This document shows, one piece after another, positions 31,895 through 41,869 of a stretch of 64,000 bases of DNA; position 1 is the stretch's first letter; every line of letters starts with the position of its first letter. Below the pieces are notes generated by a model. It was not told where the DNA came from. It worked only from the letters and a program-made list of their open reading frames with translations, and made no database searches. The translations under genes were made by a program, and so were the position numbers. The stretch is from the NCBI GenBank assembly GCA_030059675.1, contig JANVYQ010000001.1:64001-128000 (forward strand), read 5' to 3'. The stretch comes from Candidatus Pelearchaeum maunauluense. GTDB taxonomy: Archaea > Thermoproteota > Nitrososphaeria_A > Caldarchaeales > Caldarchaeaceae.

Positions 31895-32929
31895 TTGTTG
31901 AAAATCTTGAACTATCTAACAAATCGGTATACATTCACTTTCCTGTTGTTAGACAGACTAAAAACCACAAAGAATGTTAGATTTCATTATGTATCATTAT
32001 GCATTATCTTTTTGTTAATAATATTTTATTTATTTTTAAGAATTTTATCAAAACCACTCAGAAAGCTAATAAAAAGAGATTCAATCAATATCAATTCATT
32101 AATCAATCAAAGAATGTTAACACACTTGCCACTAGGTTTAAACATGAAAACTATAAACGTGACATTTATATTCAGATCAAGAGATTTAGTCAATATCTAT
32201 TCCATTTTGCTTAACGATCACTATGAAAAAATTGAAAGAGACTTAATCAAAGATCTCAAACCTGATATATTTGTAGATGTGAATAAGTTTGAATTTATAC
32301 ATAATGCGGTGAATATTGATAGATTTAGGCCTGATCTTGGCTTGTCTGATAAAGTGCAAGAAATAGTAAATGGTTATCAATATATCTTTTACGCAGGACG
32401 AATAAATGAGAAGAAGGGAGTCGGGGATCTTTTAAGGGCATTTGCTTATATAAAAGATAATTTTAGTGATGTGGTTGTAGTATTGGCTGGTCAAGCTGAG
32501 GGTTATTATACTTATTATTTTAATGAACTCGCGAGAAAACTTGGTATAAGTGATAGGGTGTTTTTCGTTGGGCCTGTTCCTAATAGTGAAATGCCGTATT
32601 ATCTTAATGGTTGTTTGTTTATGGCTTATCTAACGCGTGGAGCTGAGGGGATACCTCGTGCTATTTTAGAGGCTATGGCTTGTGGAAAGCCAGTTTTGGC
32701 CACGCGTGTTGCTGGTATACCTGAGGCTGTTAGGGATGGTGAGACTGGGTATCTTGTGGAGCCGCGTAATATAGAACAGATTTCTGCTCGTCTTTCATTT
32801 ATGTTATCTAACAGAAAAGAGCTCCAATATATGGGCTTGCGTGCTCGGCGCTTAGTTGAAAATGAATTTAGTTATGATGTTGTTATACCAAAGTTGGTAG
32901 AGTTGTTCCGTGATATTTCTAGTGAGTGA
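31895..32929 (+). CDS. Chimeric ORF: unrelated N-terminus (FkbM-methyltransferase-like start) fused to a GT4 C-terminal domain; probably non-functional
   Basis: ...YEKIERDLIKDLKPDIFVDV|NKFEFIHNAV..; GRINEKKG and EGIPRAILEAMACG; the GT N-domain is missing. Confidence 0.6.
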   Translation: MLKILNYLTNRYTFTFLLLDRLKTTKNVRFHYVSLCIIFLLIIFYLFLRILSKPLRKLIKRDSININSLINQRMLTHLPLGLNMKTINVTFIFRSRDLVNIYSILLNDHYEKIERDLIKDLKPDIFVDVNKFEFIHNAVNIDRFRPDLGLSDKVQEIVNGYQYIFYAGRINEKKGVGDLLRAFAYIKDNFSDVVVVLAGQAEGYYTYYFNELARKLGISDRVFFVGPVPNSEMPYYLNGCLFMAYLTRGAEGIPRAILEAMACGKPVLATRVAGIPEAVRDGETGYLVEPRNIEQISARLSFMLSNRKELQYMGLRARRLVENEFSYDVVIPKLVELFRDISSE

Positions 32930-34053
32930 AATGGGTTATGCGGGTTTTGTTTTCTGCTTCTGGTGGTCGGGTTGGTGGTGCTACGATGGCTTTGCTTTAT
33001 TTAGCTTTGGGTTTTTCTGGTTTGGGTGTTGAGCCTATTCTTTTGACTACTCCTCCTTTAGCTATGTATCGGAGGTTGTATAGTAGGTTGGCTGGTTGTG
33101 GTGTTGTTTTGGTTGTTTCTAGGTGGCGTTGGCGTGGTTTGGCTTATTGGTTGTGGCTGGTCTTTGCGGCGGTTTTGGCTGTTAGGCGTTATGGAGTTGG
33201 GGTTATTCATTGTCATGGGACTAAGGAGGCGGCTGTGCTTGGTTTGGTTGGCCGTCTTTTGAGGAGGCGTGTTGTCTATACTGTTGAGGGCGACCCGTTG
33301 ATGGAGCTTTATTACGCTGATAAGAGGCCTGGGCTGCTTGTTAGGGTTTTGCTTGCATGTGCTTGGTTTGTTGGTCTTAGGCTTGCTAGTGTGGTTGTTG
33401 GTTGTAGTAGGTGGATGGCTGAGACTCTGCGGCGTAGGTATGGTGTTGAAGCGCTTTGGGTTTGGAATCCAATAGATTATGCCCGTTTCAGCTCCGCCGA
33501 TGATGGGGGGCTGCGTGGTGAGAATGTAGCGGTTGTTGCGCGTTTTGAGAGGGTTAAGGGTATCAAGACGATTATCCGCGCTTTCTCTAGGGTTCATGGA
33601 GCTAGGCCAGGTAGCAGGCTTGTGTTGGTTGGTGATGGTGTTGAGCGCGGTGAGCTTGAAGCCTATGCGCGGGAGCTAGGCCTTGGTGGGAGCGTTGTCT
33701 TTATGGGTTTTCGCGATGACGTTGAGAGGATACTTGCTGATTCGTGTTGTTTGGTTATGCCGTCGCTTTATGAGCCGTTTGGGATGGCTGCTGCGGAAGC
33801 TCAGGCTGCTGGTAGGCCTGTTATAGCAGCAGCGACGGGTGGGCTTTTGGAGATTGTGAAGGATGGTGAGACTGGGTTTCTCTTTAGGCCTGCTGACTGG
33901 CGTCAGCTGTCTGAGAAGCTTCAGAAGATACTGGATGACCCTGCGCTACGCGAGCGTATGGGTTCTGCCGCTAGGCTTAATGCGCGGCGATTTGCTCCTG
34001 AAGAGATAGCGAGGCGCTACCTCTCCATATATAGGAGGCTCCTAGCCAGATAG
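32926..34053 (+). CDS. GT4 family glycosyltransferase
   Basis: GGA, IHCH, ARFERVKG, EPFGMAAAEAQAAG. Confidence 0.9.
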   Translation: MKWVMRVLFSASGGRVGGATMALLYLALGFSGLGVEPILLTTPPLAMYRRLYSRLAGCGVVLVVSRWRWRGLAYWLWLVFAAVLAVRRYGVGVIHCHGTKEAAVLGLVGRLLRRRVVYTVEGDPLMELYYADKRPGLLVRVLLACAWFVGLRLASVVVGCSRWMAETLRRRYGVEALWVWNPIDYARFSSADDGGLRGENVAVVARFERVKGIKTIIRAFSRVHGARPGSRLVLVGDGVERGELEAYARELGLGGSVVFMGFRDDVERILADSCCLVMPSLYEPFGMAAAEAQAAGRPVIAAATGGLLEIVKDGETGFLFRPADWRQLSEKLQKILDDPALRERMGSAARLNARRFAPEEIARRYLSIYRRLLAR

Positions 34054-34060
34054 TTCTTTG

Positions 34061-34489
34061 TTATGTTGTGTGCTGTTCATACTCGCTTATCAGTCTGCTT
34101 ACGTTCTCTAAAACCTCTCTCGTCATGTTAAATGCTTCTTTTGCTTCGTCTCTTGTGAAGAGCATGTCTGCTGGGTTTGTGGATAGCTCATCGCCGTACA
34201 TGGCGGGTTCTCTCTTCTCCGCCACGATTCTACTGATTTTCGCCATCTTTTCCACTTCAAACCATCTTGGACACCTGTCTGCGAATCTTAGAAGCACGTT
34301 ACTTACATCGTGTTTCTTTGGATATTCTATTCCTACGAGTCTTAACGCGCCTTTTAGAGCTAGTTCCACGCATTCTTGTGAGCTTCTGATGGCGTAGGCT
34401 GGGCTTCCTTCATTGTATTCTCTCTTTGCGGTCTCTAATCTGCGGGTGCCCTGATTTACTAATGCTCTCGCGATTTTGATGTTGTTCAT
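34061..34489 (-). CDS. HEPN domain protein
   Basis: SQECVELALKG.L...G..YPKKHD, R..AMYG; start set at ATG 34489. Confidence 0.85.
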   Translation of the reverse strand: MNNIKIARALVNQGTRRLETAKREYNEGSPAYAIRSSQECVELALKGALRLVGIEYPKKHDVSNVLLRFADRCPRWFEVEKMAKISRIVAEKREPAMYGDELSTNPADMLFTRDEAKEAFNMTREVLENVSRLISEYEQHTT

Positions 34490-35232
34490 ATTTCTATGAC
34501 CTCTCCGAAGCGTAAGTTGGGTTTGAGAACCCATACCCACTCGTGGTCAGATAGCATTATTCGCCTCGCGTGTAGCTTCTTTAGGTTTTGCTTAGCCTCT
34601 TTAGCTACTCTAAGGTATGTTCCATCGTCCATTAGGACTATTCCGTCTATTAGTGTGTCCAATATGATTGGTGGATGTTCTGCTAATGTGCTAGGTGATA
34701 TTGGGTAGAAGGAGATGTGGGTGTCTATTCCATGTTCTTCAAGCCATCGTATCTCTCTTGATACTTTAGGTGATTCTTCTATTTCCACGAGTTTCTCCAG
34801 CGACTGGCCGAGGGAGTCGAATCCCTCTACTACGACGAGGAGGTCTATGTCGCTGTCTGTTCTGGCGTTCCCACGCGCAACTGAGCCGAAGAGTATTATG
34901 CTCTTAATCCAAGGGTGTTTATGCGCTTCTGCGCAGAATAATCCTAGGAGCCTCGCGTATCTCTGCTGTGGAATTTTATCAAGCCCCCTTATCACACCAT
35001 CTACGGCTAGGGTATATGCTTCTGGCTCGGCGAGCCTGTAAAATCTCCTACGCCCTCTACCCTCGTGTAAGAATATACAGGCGCTCCGTCGCATTCAGCT
35101 TAGAGCCACTCTGGCAGCCACATCACTCCTAACCAGTCTCTCAACATCTTCAACAGTGAATATATCTTCACCAAAGCGGGAGTATAGCCTGCAATAGAGT
35201 CTACCCAACCATCGTGGAAGCCAGCTGGCCAT
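34486..35232 (-). pseudogene. wHTH + minimal nucleotidyltransferase (MNT) antitoxin with an in-frame TGA
   Basis: ATG 35232 gives MASWLPRWLGRLYCRLY...ALS*MRR in frame with FGSVARG...SDID. Confidence 0.75.
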
Positions 35233-35366
35233 TACGTTACCTATTAGGTAACGCATCTATATAAGTCTCCTAGACATCAGCTTACAGATAGATTACCCAC
35301 AGCTTCTCCATACTTGCTGCCTGCTCACTATCTTTTAATACGGCTGGCTTACGGTCAGAGGCAGCC

Positions 35367-36329
35367 TTGATAATAGTGACGGGAGCGTTTGGCTTTATCG
35401 GTAGTCATCTTGTTGAGGCTTTGCTGGATAGGGGTGATGAGGTTATTGCGTTGAGCCAGCCTGCTCCCCCTGAGAATAACTACGCGTATATTGCGCGTCA
35501 TCCTAATGCGCATAGGATGCGTGTTGTCTTAGCTGATGCCCGCGACCTAGATGCTATGAAGGCGCTCTTTAAGGCGAGTCAGCCTGAGGTTGTTTATCAC
35601 CTCGCCGCTATGGCGTCGCATAGGCTCAGCATGAATGAGCCATACCAGTATCTAAACGCCAACATACCCTCGGTTATGAGCGTCCTTGAGGCAGCGCGCC
35701 TCACCGAGCCCAGCCCCAAGATAGTCTTCACCTCCAGCAGCAGCATCTACGGTGATAACAAGCCGCCCTTCAACGAGAACATGGAGCCCAGACCAAAGGG
35801 GCCTTATGCTGTCAGTAAGGTTCTTGGAGAGAGGCTATGCAGGCTGTATAACGAGGCTTATGGATTGGATTGCCCCATAATAAGATACTTTAATGTTGTT
35901 GGTGAGCGTTGTCGTAGTAATATTGTTTTTAGGATTTTTGCTGACAGGATTATACGTGGTCTTCCTGTTGAGGTTAATGGTAGGTGGTTTGACGGTGAGT
36001 TCAGGCCTGCTGAGAGGGACTTTACCTATGTGAGCGACGCTGTTGAGGGAACTATCCTGGTTGGTGAGAAGACGGGTGGATGCGAGATATTCAACATAGG
36101 TTTCGGCAGGCCTGTGAGCGTTATGCGCATAGCTGAGCTGCTCATGGAGTATCTTGGGAGGAGGAGTCAGACGTTCTTTACAGAGCTTAAGCCCCATGAG
36201 GCGCTGATAAGCTACTCCGACAACACAAAGGCGCGCAACATGCTTGGCTGGTCGCCGCGCGTGGATATAGACGAGATGACGCGCAAATATGCTGAGTGGT
36301 ACAGGAATACCAGCTCATCCCTAAGGTAA
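35367..36329 (+). CDS. NAD-dependent sugar epimerase/dehydratase
   Basis: TGAFGFIG, SSSSIYG, YAVSK, RYFNV.G, RDFTYV.D. Confidence 0.92.
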   Translation: MIIVTGAFGFIGSHLVEALLDRGDEVIALSQPAPPENNYAYIARHPNAHRMRVVLADARDLDAMKALFKASQPEVVYHLAAMASHRLSMNEPYQYLNANIPSVMSVLEAARLTEPSPKIVFTSSSSIYGDNKPPFNENMEPRPKGPYAVSKVLGERLCRLYNEAYGLDCPIIRYFNVVGERCRSNIVFRIFADRIIRGLPVEVNGRWFDGEFRPAERDFTYVSDAVEGTILVGEKTGGCEIFNIGFGRPVSVMRIAELLMEYLGRRSQTFFTELKPHEALISYSDNTKARNMLGWSPRVDIDEMTRKYAEWYRNTSSSLR

Positions 36330-36755
36330 AGGTGGGTCAAGTCCCCGCTCATCCAAATACCTAAGAAGTTTGGCCATCAGATTGGATACACGCTCAATAA
36401 ACAGCGGAAGTTCTTCATGCAGAAGCTTATAATCCACATCAGCATATAAATGAACCAAGATATTTCTTAGTCCTGTGAGCTCTTCAGCCCACTCTGCCTC
36501 GGTTTCTGTGAATACGTCATGCGCACGTAATTCCCGTGGGATTGACTTGTATGTTTTTGGTGGTGTCCATCCCTCAGCAGCGATTATCGCATTACCTACA
36601 TCCAAAAGTGCTTCAATCGCTACATGAACCTCCCTCTCAACAGCTGGGAATACGTCTTTTTCAAACAATTCATCAAGACGTAATGTTGAATATTTCTTTA
36701 GACGATTTATAGCCTGCTCAAATCTCGCTATTCTATGTTGTAGTTTTTCCTGCAA
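36321..36755 (-). CDS. hepT: HepT-like (DUF86) HEPN RNase toxin
   Basis: RNILVH.Y (Rx4H + Y) motif. Confidence 0.88.
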   Translation of the reverse strand: MQEKLQHRIARFEQAINRLKKYSTLRLDELFEKDVFPAVEREVHVAIEALLDVGNAIIAAEGWTPPKTYKSIPRELRAHDVFTETEAEWAEELTGLRNILVHLYADVDYKLLHEELPLFIERVSNLMAKLLRYLDERGLDPPLP

Positions 36756-37149
36756 GGATTCTCTCCCTCATCTTTTCATAATGTAGTCTGAGTACTGGAG
36801 CTATGTCCAGATACATGATTGTATAGTATATTTTGTCTTTGAGTAGCTGTTGTTTATCATTTACTATTAGGGGCTTTCCGCTTGTTAGGGCGCTGTATGC
36901 TATGTCTAGTGGTGCTTTTTCGACGTCTATAATATCAATGGTTGTGGCGTAGGCTAGGCTTAGCCTGCCTGAGAGCTTCGCACAGAGCTTGAGGCGTGTT
37001 ACCGCATCTTTAGAGCGCCATTTTACAGCAATATCAATATCGCTGTCATCCCGCGCTGTTCCCTCGGAATGCGAGCCGAAGAGTATAGCATAAGCTAGTT
37101 CTGGTTCTCTTGAGAGCTCAGCCCGTAGCCGCTCGGAGAGTCCCATCAC
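36733..37149 (-). CDS. mntA: MntA-like nucleotidyltransferase antitoxin
   Basis: LFGS...G.A..DSDIDIAV; overlaps the HepT gene. Confidence 0.88.
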   Translation of the reverse strand: MMGLSERLRAELSREPELAYAILFGSHSEGTARDDSDIDIAVKWRSKDAVTRLKLCAKLSGRLSLAYATTIDIIDVEKAPLDIAYSALTSGKPLIVNDKQQLLKDKIYYTIMYLDIAPVLRLHYEKMRERILAGKTTT

Positions 37150-37290
37150 TCATTAGATAATGTTCATGCTTCTATTTATGAGGGTTGTAGAGTGGCGTAT
37201 TACGTGGAGACGTGCCTGATAATGGATGAGCGTGTTTGTGGTTGGGCAGTCCTTTATATACGCTGCACCTACGGTGAGTAGGGTAGGGAG

Positions 37291-38118
37291 TTGAGGTTTG
37301 GCCTAATCATACCCAACATGAGCCCTTACTGCGATGTTAAGCCAATCTCCGAGGCTGCGCGTGTTGCTGAGGATTCTGGGTTTGAGGCTCTGCTCATCTG
37401 GGACCACTACACCCTCCCATGGAGCGACGCCACGCTTGACGCTTGGGTTGTCCTCTCATACCTCTCCTCAATAACGGAGAGGATTAGGCTGGGAACCTGC
37501 GTCTCTCCGATCCCCTTCAGAAACCCCGCCGTCCTAGCCAAGATTGCCGCTTCCGTTGATATTATCTCTGGCGGCAGGGTTATCCTCGGCGTAGGCGCTG
37601 GCTGGCATAGGCCAGAGTTTGAGGGGTTTAGCGAGTGGTATCCAGATGCCGAGCGCGTGACCAGGACGTTTGAGGGTGTAAAGATTATGAAAGCCCTCTG
37701 GGAGCGGGGCAGGCTCAGCTACGAAGGGCGCTACTACAAGGTGCGGGGCGCCGTTGTAGAGCCCAGGCCGATACAGAGGCCAGGCCCACCGCTCTGGTTC
37801 GGCACCACAGGCAGGAGAATGCTACGCTTCGCAGCAGAGAACGGAGATGGATGGATACCAACCATGACAACACCACGCGAATACAGCAAACTAGCCAGCT
37901 ACCTACGCCAACACATAAAAACCGACAAGCTACCCAACTTCACCTTCGCATACGCAGACTTCGACATCTACAACACGCCAAACGAATATATCACAACGAT
38001 TGAGAAATATGGGAGCGTTGGCTGCATGCTCTACTGCGTGACGTGGAGGTTTCCGAAGCAGCAGTTCATCGCTAAGCTTAGGGAGTTTGCCCGCGAGGTT
38101 ATGCCCAGCTTTGGATGA
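37291..38118 (+). CDS. LLM-class flavin/F420-dependent oxidoreductase
   Basis: WDH, IRLGT.V...PFR.P..LAK, LGVGAGW...E. Confidence 0.88.
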   Translation: MRFGLIIPNMSPYCDVKPISEAARVAEDSGFEALLIWDHYTLPWSDATLDAWVVLSYLSSITERIRLGTCVSPIPFRNPAVLAKIAASVDIISGGRVILGVGAGWHRPEFEGFSEWYPDAERVTRTFEGVKIMKALWERGRLSYEGRYYKVRGAVVEPRPIQRPGPPLWFGTTGRRMLRFAAENGDGWIPTMTTPREYSKLASYLRQHIKTDKLPNFTFAYADFDIYNTPNEYITTIEKYGSVGCMLYCVTWRFPKQQFIAKLREFAREVMPSFG

Positions 38119-38162
38119 GGCAAACCTATAATCATGGCCCTTTCATTGAGTATTGTTGGTGT

Positions 38163-38554
38163 ATGTCTGTAAATAGGCGGGCCGTCGTCTGGTTTGATGA
38201 GGCGGTGGAGGATTTGGAGACCGGCAAGAAGCTCTTTGAGGCTAGTAGATATGCCCACGCGTGTTTCCACGCTCAGCAAGCCGCTGAGAAAGCCTTGGAA
38301 GCCCTCATAGTAGCAAGGCTTCACCGCATAGAGCATAGCCATGACCTCGTAGAACTCTATGAGCATGTCAGCAGCTTCGTAAAGCTGGAATGCGCCGACA
38401 AGCTACCCGCGCTCTCAGCGTTCTACACGCAGGCCAGATATCCCAACGCAGGGCTTTTGAGGCGTCTAAGGAGATAACTAGCGGGCAGGCGCGCGAAGCT
38501 ATAGAGACCGCTGGGTGCGTGGTTGATGCTGTCAAGCCTCTCGTCAAGGCATAG
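38163..38554 (+). pseudogene. HEPN domain protein, frameshifted near the C-terminus
   Basis: FHAQQAAEKAL, HSHDL, ARYPN; the final helix (EITSGQAREAIE..) is in another frame. Confidence 0.75.
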
Positions 38555-38831
38555 AGAGACTATACAGGCTTTCTTGTAGAGCCTAAAGCGGGAGCTCCCT
38601 GACGCTGAGGCCTATCTCTTCGGAAGCCTAGCGCGCGGCGACTGGCTGGAGGACAGCGACGTGGATATAATAGTTGTCACAGACAAGCTAGCTACGCAGA
38701 AGCCCTGGGAGAGGACAGCCAAGCTCAGACGCTTAGCGCCGGCCAACACAGGCTTTGACATAATAGCGCTGACACACGAGGAGTTTAGGAATGCACAGGG
38801 AGATTATGATAAGCTTATTAAACTCTTATAA
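38526..38831 (+). pseudogene. MNT nucleotidyltransferase with in-frame TAG
   Basis: YLFGSLARGDWLEDSDVDIIVV in frame with ATG 38526; TAG at 38577-38579. Confidence 0.78.
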
Positions 38832-38872
38832 TTCTTAACCCATTTTGGTAACTACAGACTCCAAAAAGACGC

Positions 38873-38900
38873 CTTTTTCGTGTCTCTAGACACGAAAAAG
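38873..38900. promoter_or_regulatory. Perfect 13-bp inverted repeat (candidate operator)
   Basis: CTTTTTCGTGTCT-CT-AGACACGAAAAAG, 30 nt upstream of the ATPase ATG. Confidence 0.6.
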
Positions 38901-38930
38901 TAATATTATTCGTCGGAGGTGTTACGAAAA

Positions 38931-40403
38931 ATGCGCTGGCAGGATTTGGTGGCGATAAACCCTTGGTGGCGTAGGGGTGTGGATTTTGAGCCAGACGACC
39001 CAGACATGATGCGGCTGGGAGAAGCCCCCATTAAGATTGAGAGGAAGAAGTTAGCGTTGCAGCCAGGCAGGATATACATCCTCCGCGGAATCAGGCGCGT
39101 AGGCAAGACAGTATACCTCAAGAATCTAGTATATCACCTAATATCTGAAGGGATAGACCCCAGAAGCATACTCTACATTTCATGCGATAGGCTGGGAGGT
39201 AGGGGGAAAGCCTTATTGAATGCTATAAGGAATTTCCTAGACAACTTCACTCCAGCAAAGTCGTTCATAATGCTTGATGAGATAACCTACCTTAAGGATG
39301 AGTGGATTCTCGTTCTTAAAGAGCTTGCTGAAAGACCTGAAGCCGAAAACATGGCGATAATAGCGACAGGCTCAAATCCAGCATCAATAAGAGAGAAATC
39401 TGAACGCCTTCCAGGGAGGCGTGTAGAGGGAAATAACTATCTCATGTATCCGCTGACATTCAGGCAGTATCTCGCGAATCTCTCCAATCATGCTGGGTTA
39501 AGCGCATCTCTACGCGAAGCAGCTATGAAGATAAGCAGCCTTAACGAAATAAGCATACCACTACGAAGCGATGATTTGAGAAACATTACCGACGCATCAC
39601 TATACTTGAATGAACTACAGATACTCTTCCGCAAGTATCTACTAAGCGGCGGATTCCCTCACACTATAAATGAATATCTTAAAAATGGATGGATAAGCCT
39701 TGATAGATACGAGGAGCTTATCAAGGTTGTGTTGGGAGATTTATCGTCGGTCAATAGAAGCGAAGCTATAGCTAAGGTTTTGTTAAGCGAGGTAATTGAT
39801 AGACAGAACTATGGCCAGAGAACAAGCTACACATCGCTAGGAGCTAGGACTGGCTACCCTCATACGACCATCCTAAGCTATCTTGAGACTCTTGAAGAGG
39901 GGTTCATTCTATTTACTCTCAACGCGGTTGATGCCAGCAGTAGGAGATGGCGGATAAAGCCCAAGTCGGATAAGAAGATATTCGTTATAGACCCGTTTCT
40001 ATATCATGCTTTAGCAGCATATCTGCGTGGTGAGGAGGGCTTTAGCTTATCGGAGGAGATGATAAACGATGAAGAGCTGTCTTCCAAGCTTGTTGAGGGC
40101 GTTGTTGCGTCTCACCTGCTTAGAATAAGAATAGCACCACACTTGGTTGAGAAGGACTCGTTCTTGGGCTTCACATACGATAAGAGAGGAGAGATTGACA
40201 TCGTTTTTAGAGCAGCAGACAAAGTGGTTGGTTTTGAGGTGAAGTATAAAGAAGAAATAGGCAGGATTAAGCATAATAACGTGTATGGTATGCGGGCGTC
40301 GGTGATTTTGACGAGGAACGACTATAATCTATCCCAGGAGCCGCCGGTCATACCAGTATCTCTTTTTCTGGCCTTATTACCTAGGTCAAGTAAGTTGCTG
40401 TGA
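38931..40403 (+). CDS. AAA_14/DUF4143-type ATPase with C-terminal PD-(D/E)xK-like domain
   Basis: NPWW, GIRRVGKT, LDEI, ATGS, GGFP, K....DP, EID....EVK. Confidence 0.88.
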   Translation: MRWQDLVAINPWWRRGVDFEPDDPDMMRLGEAPIKIERKKLALQPGRIYILRGIRRVGKTVYLKNLVYHLISEGIDPRSILYISCDRLGGRGKALLNAIRNFLDNFTPAKSFIMLDEITYLKDEWILVLKELAERPEAENMAIIATGSNPASIREKSERLPGRRVEGNNYLMYPLTFRQYLANLSNHAGLSASLREAAMKISSLNEISIPLRSDDLRNITDASLYLNELQILFRKYLLSGGFPHTINEYLKNGWISLDRYEELIKVVLGDLSSVNRSEAIAKVLLSEVIDRQNYGQRTSYTSLGARTGYPHTTILSYLETLEEGFILFTLNAVDASSRRWRIKPKSDKKIFVIDPFLYHALAAYLRGEEGFSLSEEMINDEELSSKLVEGVVASHLLRIRIAPHLVEKDSFLGFTYDKRGEIDIVFRAADKVVGFEVKYKEEIGRIKHNNVYGMRASVILTRNDYNLSQEPPVIPVSLFLALLPRSSKLL

Positions 40404-40951
40404 CGTTGGTGGTTGTTATGGTTGTGGTTAATGGTGTTGATGTTGGTAAGGTGCGTGATGCTTTGCGTGTTGTTGGGGAGCAGGCTTCTGTTGTTGAGAA
40501 TCGTGTTAGAATGAACCTGCGTAGGGCGCGTGTTATATGGTCTGGTGATGGCCTTGCTGTGCGTGTCTTCTGCGGTAGGGCTTCCTTTAGGGTTGACGAG
40601 CCTGTCGAGCCTGGGGCTAGTGGCGAAGCTCCTACCGCTGTTGAATACTTGTTGGGAAGCTTGGCCGCCTGCGTCGCCATAGGCGTGGTCTATAACGCTT
40701 CCCTGCGCAACATTAGCTTGGATTCGCTTGAGGTGGCCGCTGAGGGCAGGATAAACAACATACTCACATTCCTAGGGCTGGAGAACGGTGGCCACCCCGG
40801 GTTTGAGGAGGTCAGCCTGAAGGTCTATGTTAGGAGCGGCGCGCGTGAGGAGGAGCTTAGGGAGCTGGTGGAGCATAGCATAGCAACATCCCCCGTGGTT
40901 AATTCGCTCACGCGGAGCGTGCGGCTTAAGCATGAGCTTAGGGTCTTCTAG
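40400..40951 (+). CDS. OsmC-like protein (single Cys)
   Basis: VDEP, AP.AVEYLL.SLAAC, TSPV; true start may be ATG 40418. Confidence 0.82.
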   Translation: MTLVVVMVVVNGVDVGKVRDALRVVGEQASVVENRVRMNLRRARVIWSGDGLAVRVFCGRASFRVDEPVEPGASGEAPTAVEYLLGSLAACVAIGVVYNASLRNISLDSLEVAAEGRINNILTFLGLENGGHPGFEEVSLKVYVRSGAREEELRELVEHSIATSPVVNSLTRSVRLKHELRVF

Positions 40952-41769
40952 AGCTCTTCCAGCATTTTACCTCCCACGAGCAGCTGGCCAGCGTCTATGA
41001 TGAACGCCTGGCCCGTTATTGCCCCAGCCTCCTCAGAGGCCAGGAACGCCACCAGCGCCGCGACCTCCTCAGGCTTCACAAGCCTCCCCAGCAAGGTGTG
41101 CTTACTGGCCCACCTGCTCTTCGCCTCCTCCAGGCTTAGGCCAGAGTAGCTAGGCGAGACCCTCCTGAGAAGCTCTATCAAGCTGAGGCCCATCTTCGTC
41201 TCCACGACGCCTGGGCATACTGCGTTGGCAGTTATGTTATGCGGCGCCAGCTCTGCTGCTAGTGTTTGTGTAAGCGCTATCACCCCTGCCTTCGCCGCGC
41301 TATACGCTCCCAGCCCAGGCGTTGCTCTCACGCCAGCTATTGAGGAGATGTTGATTATCCTGCCCCAGCGCCTGGCTATCATGTGCGGCGCCGCTTCGCG
41401 CGAGACGTAGAAGACGCCTGAGAGGTCTGTCTCTATCATCCTTCTCCATAGCTCGTTGTCCGTTGAGAGTAGGGGCGCCGCGATTCCCTGGCCAGCGTTG
41501 TTGATTAGTATGTCTATCCTTCCCAGCTCTTTCTCGGCTGTCTCCACTAGGTGTGCGGCCTCGTCTGGGCTGCTCACATCCGCCTTCACGGCGATCGCCT
41601 TCACGCCGTAGCTCTCTGCTTGCCGCGCTACCTCGCGCGCCTCCTCGCCATGCCGCCTGAAGCTCACCGCCACGTCAGCGCCGCGTCTAGCCAGCTCAAG
41701 CGCAACCGCGCGGCCTATGCCCCTACTACCACCCGTTATCAACGCAGCCCTGCCAACGAGAGACGCCAA
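40948..41769 (-). CDS. SDR family oxidoreductase (FabG-like)
   Basis: TGGSRGIG, NNAG, YSAAK, PG..ET. Confidence 0.92.
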   Translation of the reverse strand: MASLVGRAALITGGSRGIGRAVALELARRGADVAVSFRRHGEEAREVARQAESYGVKAIAVKADVSSPDEAAHLVETAEKELGRIDILINNAGQGIAAPLLSTDNELWRRMIETDLSGVFYVSREAAPHMIARRWGRIINISSIAGVRATPGLGAYSAAKAGVIALTQTLAAELAPHNITANAVCPGVVETKMGLSLIELLRRVSPSYSGLSLEEAKSRWASKHTLLGRLVKPEEVAALVAFLASEEAGAITGQAFIIDAGQLLVGGKMLEEL

Positions 41770-41869
41770 CGGAAACCACCAGCCAACAAAAGTTGCGGTG
41801 ATTTTTATCTTATGACCAGGGGCTTACAACTTATTATTATCAGCGGTTTTCGGCATTATTGGGTTTTGG

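Noticed and set aside
12806-38831. Stop-codon recoding (Sec/Pyl or alternative code) to explain in-frame stops
   Set aside because: Stops are of all three types, occur with frameshifts and are confined to accessory genes; core genes are intact
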